From assembly GCF_009914755.1 (NCBI RefSeq), contig NC_060932.1: a stretch of 64,000 nt of DNA; one strand, written 5' to 3'. The notes beneath the pieces are model-generated. The model ran no database searches, had not been told where the DNA came from, and worked only from the letters and a program-made list of their open reading frames with translations. Source of the stretch: the human T2T-CHM13v2.0 reference genome, Homo sapiens. Shown in pieces: positions 13,155 to 25,402 of this stretch; within the stretch, counting starts at the first letter, position 1, and every line of letters starts with the position of its first letter. Made by a program: the position numbers and the translations under genes.

Positions 13155-13457
13155 TTCTTTTCTTTTCTTTTTTTTGAGACAGGGTCTTGCTCTGTCTCCC
13201 AGGCTGGAGTGCAGTGGCATGATCTTGGCACGTTGCAACCTCTGCTTCCCTGGTTCAAGCCATTCTTGTGCCTCAGCCACTTGAGTAGCTGGGATTACAG
13301 GTGCATGCCACCACACCTGGTTAATTTTTATATTTTTAGTAGAGACAGGGTTTCGCCATGTTGCCCAGGCTGGTCTCGAACTCCTGGCCTCAAGTGATTG
13401 GCTCACCTGGGCCTTTCAAAGTGCTGGGATTATAGGCTTGAGCCACTACATCTGGGC
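13155..13457 (-). mobile_element. Alu (AluJ/old AluS-like)
   Basis: Full dimer; 19-bp TSD aaattgtatatattttctt at 13136-13154 and 13460-13478. Confidence 0.96.
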
Positions 13458-14089
13458 AGAAATTGTATATATTTTCTTATCACATTATAGTTGTTACAGA
13501 TAGCTCAAAATATCATTTACATTCATTATGTTGAAATTATAGTTGTTATGAGACAGCTTGCTCAATTTATTATTTAATGTGTTAAATAAAGATGCACATA
13601 TATTACTATACTACCACTTCCATTTTTAATATTTTGATAGCTACATTTTAACGTAATTGATTTCCTTTATAATCTTAAATTTATTTTTTAAAAATATTGT
13701 TCTGAGAAAGGGTCTGTAGAATTCCATAGATTGCCAAAGAGGTTGATGGAACAAAAAGATTAAGAATCTTTGCTCAGGGCCAACTCTGTGCTCTGGCACC
13801 AGGCATAGGGACTAACATGCAGTAGGAACTCAATAAAAGTTTGATGAGTGAATGAGACATCTTCTGGGATGGTTGTCTCTTCATTAATACACAAAATATT
13901 TATGGAGCACTTAATAAGTGTTAGGCATATAACCATGAATAAGCAGGCCCACTTCCTGCTCCTCAAGCATTTATAATCCACCCAGGAACATCTATAGAGA
14001 AGCAACCAGATGACATGAAGCCTGGAGGCCACGCAGTGCCAATTTCTTTTCTGAAGTTTTCGTGATTTCAAATGCCTTCCTCACACTCC

Positions 14090-14430
14090 ACTTCCACACC
14101 CTCATTCTGCCCTCCATGCTCTGCCTGCACAATCTTTCTAAGACATACATGGAGTCCTTTCACATCTAACCTTAATGCCATCTGGTGGCTCTCCCAGTCC
14201 AGGGGAGAAAGCACATACTTGATGGCAGGGCTCACCTGGCCTCCCTCTCTGTCTCCTACTCCCACCCTCACCCCATCTCGAGCTTCTGGTGGTTCAAGAC
14301 ATCAAGTTATTCCTACCTCCAAGCCTTTTCTTAGGCAGTGCCCTCTGCCAGGAGTGGCCTCTCAATTTCTTACTCTGTTTTGCCAGACTAACCCCTACCT
14401 ATCTTTCAAGACTCAGGGCAAGTTACCCTT
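14090..14430 (+). mobile_element. L2 LINE fragment
   Basis: 'tgcacaatctttctaagacatacat', 'gactaacccctacctatctttcaagactcag'. Confidence 0.65.
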
Positions 14431-15108
14431 TTCTACTTACCTACTGATTCTACTAATCCCAGCTACTCAAGTGGCTACCCTTTTCCTTTTCTCATGCTTC
14501 CTCCCACCACAGTGGAACTGACCCCTCATGGGGTCATGGCCTGTCATGATATGCCTTCTGTGCCTCCTTCTTCTTCTGACACAGCTCAGCCACCCTTCAT
14601 GGCACAGATTATCTTTCCTATCTCCCCTGGGGCACACTGCCCATCACCAGGTGGGTGATACTAAGTTGGAACTTGCAGCATATTGCCTGACACCCAAAGA
14701 GGCTTGCAAATATTACAATAATCATTATTATATCCGTTCTTTCTCTACCTTTCCCCCACAGGAGACAACAATTCTGGCAAGTAACCATCCTTGACAGTCA
14801 TTTTGCCATGCCCTTTGCCCAATCCAGAACCTTGGATGGCATCTACTTCTTTGCTTGTCAGAACCTTCTTCTCAAGAAGGCTATGAGGGAGCTCTGTGAT
14901 CAGCCAGCTTCCTTGCTAGTCACCTTGTTTTTCCCACTTTTCTGCTCCAGGAAAGCAAGCCTGCCTCTTCTCTCTCCCAGGGACCCACCAGACTAACTCT
15001 GTGTCTCCATTCATGGTTGAAATGCTATCCTCTCTCCTTCCTGACTAGTCAGAAAGAATCCTCTCCCATTAAGGTGGGCTCTTTCGGACGATTTAGTGAT
15101 TTGATGAC

Positions 15109-15499
15109 TGTATTAGTCCATCTGCGCTGCTATAAAGGAGTACCTGAAACTGCCTAATTTATAAATAAAAGAGGTTTCTTTGGGCTCATGGTTCTGCAGC
15201 TTGTACAGGAAGTGAGGTGCCAACATCTACTGGTGAGGGCCTCAGGAAGCTTACAATCGTGGCAGAAGGTGAAGGATGAACAGGCATGTCACATGGTGAG
15301 AGAGGCAGAAGCAGAGAGGGAGGTGCCAGTCTCTTTTAAACAACCGGATTGCACGTGAACTCATAGGTTACAGTGAGGGCAGTACCAAGCATTCATGAGG
15401 AACCACCCCCATGACCCAAACACCTCCCACTAGACTCACCTCCAACATTGGAGGTCAACATTCAACATAAGATTTGAAGAAAACATTCAAATCATGTCA
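15109..15499 (-). mobile_element. MST (MSTA/MSTB-like) MaLR solo LTR
   Basis: 'tgtattagtccatctgcgctgctataaaggagtacctga' to 'aaacattcaaatcatgtca'. Confidence 0.9.
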
Positions 15500-15790
15500 G
15501 AGATTCCTTCAAAGACCCAGGTATTCACCATCTCTGTGCCTGCTGTTCCAGGTTGCTGGCATCATGTTCACATTAGGAGTATGGTGGCTTGCAGAAGTTT
15601 CACGTGTCATATCCCAACAACAGATTATTTAGAGGAAGAAAAAAATGTCATTCCTTGTGGCTCTTCCCTATGAAGGAAGAAAATTCTCCCAGATACCCTC
15701 CCAACAGGCCCCCTCATTTCTCAGTGGTCAGAATTAGGTCATATGCTTATCCCTGGACCTATTATTGGCAAGGGTCAGGATGAGCAGGGA
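15500..15790 (-). mobile_element. Old MLT1 (J/K-like) LTR fragment
   Basis: 'cctcatttctcagtggtcagaattaggtcatatgcttatccctggacc'. Confidence 0.6.
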
Positions 15791-15814
15791 GGCTGGGGCC
15801 AGTTCCGGAAGGTC

Positions 15815-15977
15815 AGTCAGTGGAACAGCAATGTCATCATCACCTGGGAGCTGATCAGAAATTCAGATTCTCAGACTCCAGCCAAGAACTGTGGAATCAA
15901 AATGTCTGGGTGTGGCCTCCCTCCCAAATCTGCATGGCTATTAAGTGGAGATTATGATGCTAATTTGAGAACCTGTT
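15815..15977. mobile_element. MER5A-like DNA transposon
   Basis: 'catcacctgggagctgatcagaaattcagattctcagactcc...gattatgatgctaatttgagaacc'. Confidence 0.75.
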
Positions 15978-16494
15978 TGGATTGACCTCCTGGGATGAAA
16001 GGTTTGCTGAGATTAGCTACAATGATGAATTCAATTATCTTTATCACACATCACTCTCCCTCAATACCAATCCACATGCAGCTTCCAGAACTTGCCATAT
16101 TCCTCTGCCACCCTGACTTTACTCAAGTTGTGTCCCCTCCAATATGCAATATCTCTCGTTGACCATTGGACACATTTCTGTCCATCCTTTAAGATACAAT
16201 GTATCAACCCTCCTGTGATGAGCCTCTCCTCTGTGCCCAACAGACCCCTTCCAACCTCGCCCTTTGGGCAGCCAGCATTACTTGCTAGATCTCTTTACAG
16301 ACCTGTTTTTTCCTCCACTAATTTGATCTTAAAGAACATATCCTTCTTACCTTTGTGGCCTGAGCACAGAAGGAATGCTCCATACTTATTTGTGGAATGA
16401 AGAAGATGGCTTAAGTTCTTTTTTTGGGCCTTGGGAAGGTTGGTGGGTGAATGTTTATCTTACCTCTTCCACATCTGATGAGGATTGTAGTGGG

Positions 16495-16715
16495 GAGACC
16501 ATAGACCTGGGAATCAGACCAGCATGACTTTGAATGCTACTCTGCCTTAAAAGCTATGTAGCCTTGAATTAATTCAGCTTATTTGAGCCTCAGTTTCCTT
16601 AGCTGTAAAATGGGGCTGGTGATGTCTATCTTCTATGACTGCTCTGTGGATAAATGAGAAAGTGGTAACAAAAGCCCTGGAATGCAGAAGGCATTCGGCC
16701 AACAATAGTTGATTG
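16495..16715 (+). mobile_element. MIR SINE
   Basis: 'gagcctcagtttccttagctgtaaaatgggg'. Confidence 0.8.
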
Positions 16716-18833
16716 ATTCCCTGCCTACTCATGACTGAGGCTTGCCCCCTTCAGCCCTCTCCGTCCAAGTGGTAATTTTGGTAATTGGATGCTGGAAAAT
16801 ATTATGTCATTTCTTGCATTTCTTAGTCCTCTCAGTTGACTGTGGGCATCTACCTCTACTTTAAAAGGTGAGTAGTATCTGAAAGAAATTGCTCAATGAT
16901 TCTCTCTCTCTTGTGTGTGTATGTGTGTGTGTGTCAGAGAAAAGAGAGAGATAGACATAAGAACACACACACACACAGAAAGAGAAAGGAGGAGAAACAG
17001 AGTATGACAATCTTCCTTTTGCAAGCCTAAACAATAGAGTTGAATATTGTCAATTTTACACTGTTGTTGTGCTTTGCCGGGAAACACATATGGTTCCTCC
17101 CTTGAGGGCATTGGACTGGATGCTACTCTGCCTGCAAGGTCCTTGCCTCTTGTAAGTGGTCACTTGTGCAGCATGCTTGAGAACTCACGATTCCAGAGGA
17201 GAGTTGGTAGCTGGCTTGGCACAGACCTGGAATTAATTGATCACTCATAGCCATTGAAAGGCTTGGTGAAGAATCACTCATCAGGAATCCCAGCTTCCAC
17301 AGTGTCCTCTCCTGGGAGCTCTGTACAAAAAGAGGTGTGGTGTGGGATGGTGGCAAGAGTCCCAGTTAAGGAGTCTGGAGACCCTCGAGCCTAGAGGTTC
17401 CCTCTGGTCACTCACTGTCCATGAGAGGTCGAAAAGTTTCTCAGCCCTCTGGGCTTCTGGCCCTTTGTAAGTACAAATAGGAATAGCCACGTGGCCACAG
17501 CCAACCCCATAAGGTAGTTATGATGGATAAAATGCACATATTTGGTGAAAACATTTTGAAATCCATACGCGCCTGGAAAATAATAATAAAATGGTAACAA
17601 CAGCAACAACAGCGATCCTATTACTAGTTACTCCTGGGGCTAACATTTGGCTGAGTGTTATGACAAACTTTTAGTCAGTCAGTGTCTGAACTTTACTGCT
17701 TCCTACACCTTTTGAATTCCCCCGCTTTGCCTCAGACCTCAGAGATTATGTGTTCATGGACATGCAGCTTCCGGTGCGGCACTGTTTATCTTCGTCTACC
17801 CCCATCTCAGGGTTTCCCTAAAATCATCCAGAAGATTTCCTTTCTCCCGATACCCAGGTGCTGGACTAAAAGGAGCTAGCTGGGAGAAAAAGGAAAGGAG
17901 GGGTTGACATTTTTAAAGGCAGGATGGTTTTCAAGGAAGAGTTTTTTTTTTTCTCCAATTGCAGGTGAAGTAAAGCAAGTGAAAGGGTAAGTGGGGAAAT
18001 GATTGAGGAGGGGGGAGGGGACCAGTCACTTTTGTCTACGAGTTAAGAATATCTTCCTGAGTTTTCCTTTCTAAAGACATCTGTGCATCAGCAGAAAATG
18101 ATCTGTTAAAAAAAAAAAACATAAAAAATTCTTTTAGCTTCTAGTCAGAGCTATGCAATGTGCATACTCAGTTGCTTGTGGGAAACTGGAGAGGCTCTCT
18201 GGAAATGAGTGTGTGGCCATTCCGTCTTAGGAAACTGGGGCCTTGGTATAGAAAGTTCTTAGACTATAGTAGAAAATTGGTAAATTCATTAATTCATTAC
18301 ACAGACCTTTATTGAGTTCCTGTCTGAGCTTGAGATGTTCTGAACTTGAATTTTTCTCATATCCCCTGGCATGGGGGCTGGCTCACCATGCAGGGATTGC
18401 AGTGTTTTAAGTGCTCAATAAATGCTTCTTAGAAAATCAGATAAAAATGGATAAAGGTGGGTAAGTGCCCCAACCTCAGCTGGCTTCAGAGGTTCCCAGT
18501 TCAATAGCACTTCCTTGTATTCCTTTACAAAGTTATTTCATGCTCCCTTCAGCCCATTTTCCCTCAACAGGAGCCTAAAGGAAAAGTATGCTGTAAGATG
18601 GATTCAAAGCCATTTCCCACTGCAGTATGAATAAATGACTGGATGTGGCTCATGTTTGTTCCTCCTACAATGGTTTGTAGGGTTACAGTAAGAAATATGT
18701 TCTGTGAACTCTAGGAAGCGGCCGCTCAGTAACAAGAGTGTAGATGCAGAATGGAAACACTTGGGTTCTAGACCTGCCTAGACATGAGTTGTGAGGTTAC
18801 GACCAGTCTCTCTTTTCTTACCTATAAATTGGG

Positions 18834-19674
18834 TGTGGTAGGCAGTAGAATGGTCCCCCAAAGTTGTCCATATCATAATTGCCAGAACCTGTGAATATAT
18901 GATCTTACATGGCAAAAGGGACTCTTTGCAGATGTGATAAAGTTAAGGATCTTGAGATGGGAGGATTATCTCAGGTGATTGGAGTGAGCTCAATGTACCA
19001 TTGGCCCTCTGTATCTGCAGATTCTGCACCTGCATATTCAACCAAGCACAGATGAAAATATCTGGGGAAAAATACAACAATAAAAAATAATACAAATAAA
19101 AATAATACGGCGTAACAACAATTTACATAATGTTTAATTGTGTTAGGTATTGTAAAGAACGTAGAGATAATTTAAAGTACATGGGAGGACATGTATAGAT
19201 TATATGCAAATGCTCCACCATTTGATTTAAGGGACATGAGCATCTGTGGATCTTAGTATCTGAGGGGGTCCTAAGACCAATCCCCATGGATCTCAAGGAA
19301 TAACTAATCATAGGGTCTTCATAAGGAGGCAGGAAAGTCAGGGTTAGAGAAGGAGATGTAATCACAGAGACAAAGATCAGAGAGAGAAAGAGAGAGAGAG
19401 GGAGAGAGATCTGAAGATGCTACACTGCTGGCCTTGGAGAAGGAGGAAGAGGTCTTCAGCAAGGAATGAAGGCAGCTTCTAGGAGCTGGAAAAAGCAGGA
19501 GCACATTCTCCCTTGGAGCCTCCAGAAGGAACACAGCCCTGCTGACATTTTGATTTTAGCCTACTGAGACACATTCTGAACTTTTGACTTCCAGAACTGA
19601 AGAATAATAATGTGTTTTATTTCAAGTCACCAAGTTTTTGGTAATTTGTCACAGCAGCATAGAAAACCAATGCA
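18834..19674 (+). mobile_element. MLT1D-like MaLR LTR, interrupted by MER2
   Basis: 'tgtggtaggcagtagaatggtcccccaaag' to 'gtaatttgtcacagcagcatagaaaaccaatgca'. Confidence 0.9.
18998..19304 (-). mobile_element. MER2-like (Tigger) DNA transposon
   Basis: 'ggccctctgtatctgcagattctgcacc...gagggggtcctaagaccaatccccatggat'; inserted at the TA of MLT1D 'caatg-ta-atca'. Confidence 0.85.
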
Positions 19675-19892
19675 CTGGTATTGTGATATCTCTCAGGTTT
19701 TTGTTTGTTGCAAGTAACCCAGGCGGCAGTGCCCCATGGGAGAGATTTATGAGCAGTAAACTGATACTGCACTAATACCAACTACCATCGTTTGGATGCC
19801 AAAGGGTTTGAGTTCTAATGGGGGAATACCAGGCATCAGCAACAGGCAATGTATATTTTGAGGGGCAGCACCTCTAATTTTGAGGTGACCAG

Positions 19893-20360
19893 TGTAGATG
19901 ATCCTGTCAGTGCCTCATCATATCCCTTAAGCCATGCACTCCTGCCACCGTCCAGCACCAGGACCTCATCTTCATGCCTGAGAGATATTTGTTTCAGGAA
20001 CCATAAAAAGCTCCTCTGCCTAAAAGGCCAAAAATGCCAGGGCATCAGTGCTCCCGAGGAACAGCATCAATCTTGCCTGTAAATACCCCAGCTCCCTTGC
20101 CCCTCAGGTGGGATTCTTCCGAGCATGTAATTCATACAATTTCCCTGAATTTCCTGGAAGGATAAAGGCCCTATCCCATGCCCGTCCCAAGAGCTACTAG
20201 AGTCACTTACTTTGTTAATAATGCACCATGTATTGGCTGCCTTGTCTTCCTCCCAAATCACTTCCTTACACCAGTGCATTTTTCCTGCACTTTCCAAAGA
20301 AACTAGTTGCCCTCAGATCCTTTTTTCAGGGCCTACCTCTGGGAAAGTCCAAATGAAGGG
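19893..20360 (+). mobile_element. ERVL-class solo LTR (LTR16-type)
   Basis: 'taaataccccagctcccttgcccctcaggtgggat', end 'cagggcctacctctgggaaagtccaaatgaag'. Confidence 0.7.
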
Positions 20361-21398
20361 TCCTTAAAATCTCACTGCCTAGGCTGTTGCTAATGCTGGC
20401 CAGTATGGTGCCCCACACCCGTGGTGTCTTCATTTTGTTTCAAGGCCTAACTTGAGTGACAGGCAACATGGCACAGAAGAAAGACCACAGAGGGGAAGCG
20501 AGCCGGGTCAGGGACTGTGCCTCCGTGCCTCATTCCCATCTGACTGGGATGTCATGGGTTTCCTGGGTAGCCTCTTTGGACCACAGTATTCACATGAGGC
20601 ACTCTCCTCCAAAGGGCTGACCTATGATTGGCGAGTTCTGAGCAATAGAGGAGAAGGGTCCCGTGACCCTTTGGTAGGCTAAGACACGTCCTTCTGCTCT
20701 CAGATGGCTACTCTGGGGCAACCCATTGCAGTGACTAGGATCTTGGCACAGCCATGGGACAATGTGTGCTGAGAAGAGACTCCAGAGGGTGAATGCCAGA
20801 GTGAAGGTGGTCAGAGTCTGGGGAGAAATCCAGCTTCCCCCCAGCCCCACCGCTGTGCTTCTTCTACCTTTGTTATAGTGGACAGATGCAGCTGCAAGGC
20901 ATGCTGGGACCTTGGCCCAGCCCCAGTTAGGATGTGGGAGGAAGCAAGCCAGTCACTGGGGCCAACAGGGCGAATGAGGAAGCAGGGCGGAAAATGCTTC
21001 ACTGAGGGCTGGAAGGGGAAAGGAATCAGAGAAATGTCCATACAGATGTGCAGGAGGCAGAAGAAGCACAAATTAAACAAGTAAGCAGACAAATCAATCT
21101 GTAATTACAAATCATGAGAGAGTCTATGAACAAGAATGGGGAGTGTCACAGAGGAAATTAAGTTTGAGCTACAGCATGAAAGATAAGAAGAGCTATCCAT
21201 GCAGAAGCTAGGGGCAGAGTGTCAGAGCAGAAGGAGCAAGCCAGATGGCCCCGTGGAGAGGCGAGAACATGGCCACCTTTTTCACCCTATTCTGAAAGCT
21301 GCTCAGTGAAGCCAAGAAGGCAGAGGGAGCCCGCAAGTTACCTCTCTCTCCTGTAAGTGATCACCCCAAGCCCCAGACGTTTTCTGCAACACACAACA

Positions 21399-21462
21399 GG
21401 AAGGAATGAAGGAAGGAAGGAAGGAAGGAAGGGAGGAAGGGAGAAAGGAAGGAAGGAAGGAA
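21399..21462 (+). repeat. (GGAA)n microsatellite, interrupted
   Basis: Runs of 5 (21411-21430) and 4 (21447-21462) consecutive GGAA plus variant units. Confidence 0.95.
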
Positions 21463-22120
21463 ATTAACCTTTGCTGGACGCTTACTTTGTGTCTGCTGCT
21501 TAGAGATACATTTTTTTCTTCAATATATATTCACCAGGACTTTGGACCTGGGTAGGAATTTGACAGTTCGTTAAAAGAGCAAACTAAACCAAGGTGGTAG
21601 GCGTGGCAAAGCTGATAGGCATTGGAACCAAAATTCATCTTAGGTTCCACATGACTGTAAAGGCTATGTTCTCACTTTCCCTTGTGCTTCCTCTAGAAAG
21701 TGAAATGGGGACAAATGCAGTTACAAAGGTTTGGCACCTCCTGGCTGATAATACTGTGAGGTTCATTAACAGCTTCTCCATCACCGGCTTTGTCACACTT
21801 CCTCTCTGTCTCTTCACAAGGGTCCCAGTTTTCTCACCCACAGTCTGTTCTCCTGTTACTATCTTCTCTCACCTCAGAGAGCTATTTCCTCTGTGATCCT
21901 CGGGAGTCAGAAAGGGGTTGCAGGGGATGAAGACGTGTAATGGAATGCCACAGAGGTAATAATAACGGTCCCTTCCTGAGAGCCCACTCTGAGCCTTTTC
22001 AAGTGTTTCTTCTCATAGAATCCTCAAAGGGTCTGTTCAGGAAGTCATGAATCCCATGCATTAGTTTTATCTCCTGTGCCTGCAAGTAGTAGAAATAAGG
22101 CCAGCCTAATTTAAACCCTA

Positions 22121-22468
<348 letters not shown>

Positions 22469-23129
22469 AGATAAAAGAGTGTTTCATGCAACCTAACAGC
22501 AAGAATCAGCACACTTCAGGGAGGTGCTTGAACCACAGCCTACAAAGCTGGGTGGTCTTGCTCCCTGCTGTCCCTATCTCTGCTCCCCTCTGAAGAGCTT
22601 TCTTTCTGTTTCTCTCTCACTCTCTCTCTGTCCAGATAAGCTTGCCCCAAACGTCACTAAAGAAACATGGTAGCATCATGTCTGTCCTGAGTTTACATGT
22701 CATGAATTCAAACACTCAAATGGCCTTTCTCTTTGTTCTAATTCCAAATATTCAGAAAGGGTCTAATCATCTGCAGCTGGGGAGAAAAGGCATTGCAACA
22801 AAAACCAGGACTGCTGTAAACCCCTTGTAGTGGGAGAGTGGCAGGATGGGAGAGGCATACAGTAATGCTTACAGAGTACGGGCCAGGGAGAAATGGCAAT
22901 AGGTGGCCATTACACCCCACTATGATGGAGAGGAAATGAAGCTTCAGACAGGTCAAGTTTATAATGTCATACAGCTTGTCTGTAAGCACATTATCTAACT
23001 AGTTCCCCAGCCCTTTTTTTTTTTGTGCCGTACTAGTATTTTTCACAGTGTGGGACACATGCCAAAGACAGTATTTATGATGATTTTAGGTGCTACACTA
23101 ATAGATATTTACAATTTCATGTATATTAG

Positions 23130-23524
23130 GGATATAATTCGGCTGTGTCCCCACCCAAATCTCCTCTTGCATTGTAATCTCCATAATCCTCACGCACCGT
23201 GGGAAGGATGTGGTGGGACGTGATTGGATCATGGGGGCGGCTTCTCCCATGCTGTTCTCGTGATGATTAGTAAGTTCTCATGAGGTCTGATGGTTTTATA
23301 AGTATCTGGCATTTCCCCTGCTGGCACTCACTCTCTCTCCTTCCACCTTGTGAAGGAGGTGCTTGCTTTTGCTTTGCCTTCCACCATGATTGTAAGTTTC
23401 CTGAGGCCTCCCCAGCCTTGCAGAATTGACTCATTTCATTTCATGAGTCAATGAAACCTCTTTTCTTTATAAATTACCTAGTCTCAGGTATTTCTTTATA
23501 GCAGTGCAAGAATGGACTAATACA
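23130..23524 (+). mobile_element. THE1 (THE1D-like) MaLR solo LTR
   Basis: 'ggctgtgtccccacccaaatctc' to 'gaatggactaataca'; perfect 5-bp TSD attag on both sides. Confidence 0.93.
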
Positions 23525-23584
23525 ATTAGAAAAATGATAACTGTCACATAAAACCCATAATATAGCACTTTTTATTAAAAAATT

Positions 23585-25402
23585 GATGTGGTGTTGGTGA
23601 AAGTAGGCAAATAGAGCAGTGGAACAGAATAGAGAGCCCAGAAGTAGATCCACATAAATAAAGTCCACTGATCTTTGGCAAAGGAGCAAAGGCAATACCA
23701 TGGAGAAAAGATAGTCTTTTCAACAAACAGTGCTGGAGCCACTGGACGTCTATTATACATGTAAAACATGATTATGGGCATAGACCTTACATTCTTCAGA
23801 AAAATTAACTCAAGATGCATAATAGATCTAAATGTAAAAAGCAAAACTATAAAACTCCTGGAAGATAACATTGGAGAAAATCTAGATGACCTTGGGTTTG
23901 GTGATAACTTTTTAGACGCAACACCAAAAGTATGACCCGTGAAAATAATTGATAAGATGGACTTCATTAAAATTAAAAATGTCTGCTCTGTGAAATACAT
24001 TGTCAAGAGAATAAAAAGATAAGTCACAGGCTATGAGAAAACATCTGCAAAGCAAATAGCAGATAAAGATTTGTTATCCAAAATATACAAAGAACTCTTA
24101 AAATTCAACCATATGGGCTGAGCACGGTGGCTCACACCTGTAATCCCAGCACTTTGGGAGGCTGATGCAGGCGGATCACGAGATCAGGAGATCGAGACCA
24201 TCCTGGTTAACATGGTGAAACTCTGTCTCTATTAAAAATACAAAAAATTAGCTGGGCGTGGTGGCGGCTGCCTGTAGTCCCAGCTACTCGGGAGGCTGAG
24301 ATAGGAGAATGGCGTGAACCCGGGAGGTGAGCCTGGGCGACAGAGCAAGACTCCGTTTCAAAAAAAATTGAACCGTAAGAACACAAAAAATCAAATGAAA
24401 AAAGGGGCCAAAACCTTTGGTGTCCATACACCTCACCAAAGATTTTTTTATTTTCAAATAAGCGTGTTAAAAGATGCCCATATGTCATCAGGGAAAAGCA
24501 AATTAAAACAACAATGAGATCCCACTACACACCTATTAGACTGGGAAAAATCCAGAACACTGACAACACTAAGCTATGGGGAGGATGTGGAGCAACCAGG
24601 ATCTCTCATTTGTTGCTGGTGGAATGCAAAATGGTATAACCATTTTGGAAGACAGAGTGGTGATTTCTTATAAAACTAAACATACTCTTACCATATATAT
24701 GATTTAGCAATTGTGCTCTTTGGTATTTATCCAAAGGAGCTGAAAACATGTCCACACAAAACCTGAACATGGATGTTTATAGCAGCTTTATTCATAATTG
24801 CCAAAACTTGAAAGCAATTGAAATGTCCTTTGGTAGGTAAATGGGTAAATCACGGCACATCTAGAAAATTGAATATTTTTCAGTGCTAAAAAGAAATGAG
24901 CTACCAAGCCATGAGAAGACGTGGAGGAATCTTAGATACACATTATTGAGTGAAAGAGGCCAATATGAAACGGCTACCTACTAAATGATCCCAGCCACAT
25001 ACATTCTGGAAAAGGTAAAACTACAGAGACAGCAAAATATCAGTGGTTGTCAGGGCTGAGGGGGAAGAGGGGATGAATGGGTGGAGCACAGGGGATTTTC
25101 AGGGCAGTGGATTTCTGTAATGGCAGAGTGGATGCATGGCATTATGCATTTGTTCCAGCCCATAGAATGCCCACCACTACCAAGAGTGAACTGTACTGTA
25201 AATTATGGATTCTAGGTTATAATGTTATGCCAATGAAGATTCATCAATTGTAACAAATGTACCACTTTGGTGGGAAACACAAATAACAGAGGAGGCCATG
25301 CATGTATTGGGGCAGGGAGTCTATAGGAAATCTCTGTACCTTCTACTCAATTTTACTGTGAACCTAAAACCTCTCTAAATAACAAAGTCTATTTTAAAAA
25401 AT
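23585..25402 (+). mobile_element. L1MC1-like LINE 3' portion (end of ORF2 plus 3'UTR), interrupted by an Alu
   Basis: 'gaacagaatagagagcccagaa...tcttttcaacaaa'; 3'UTR 'aaatctctgtaccttctactcaattttactgtgaacctaaaac'. Confidence 0.9.
24116..24365 (+). mobile_element. Alu (AluY-like) with a roughly 40-bp right-arm deletion
   Basis: Diagnostic 'ggagatcgagaccatcctgg' and 'gaatggcgtgaacccgggagg'; jumps directly to 'gagcctgggcgacagagc'. Confidence 0.9.
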
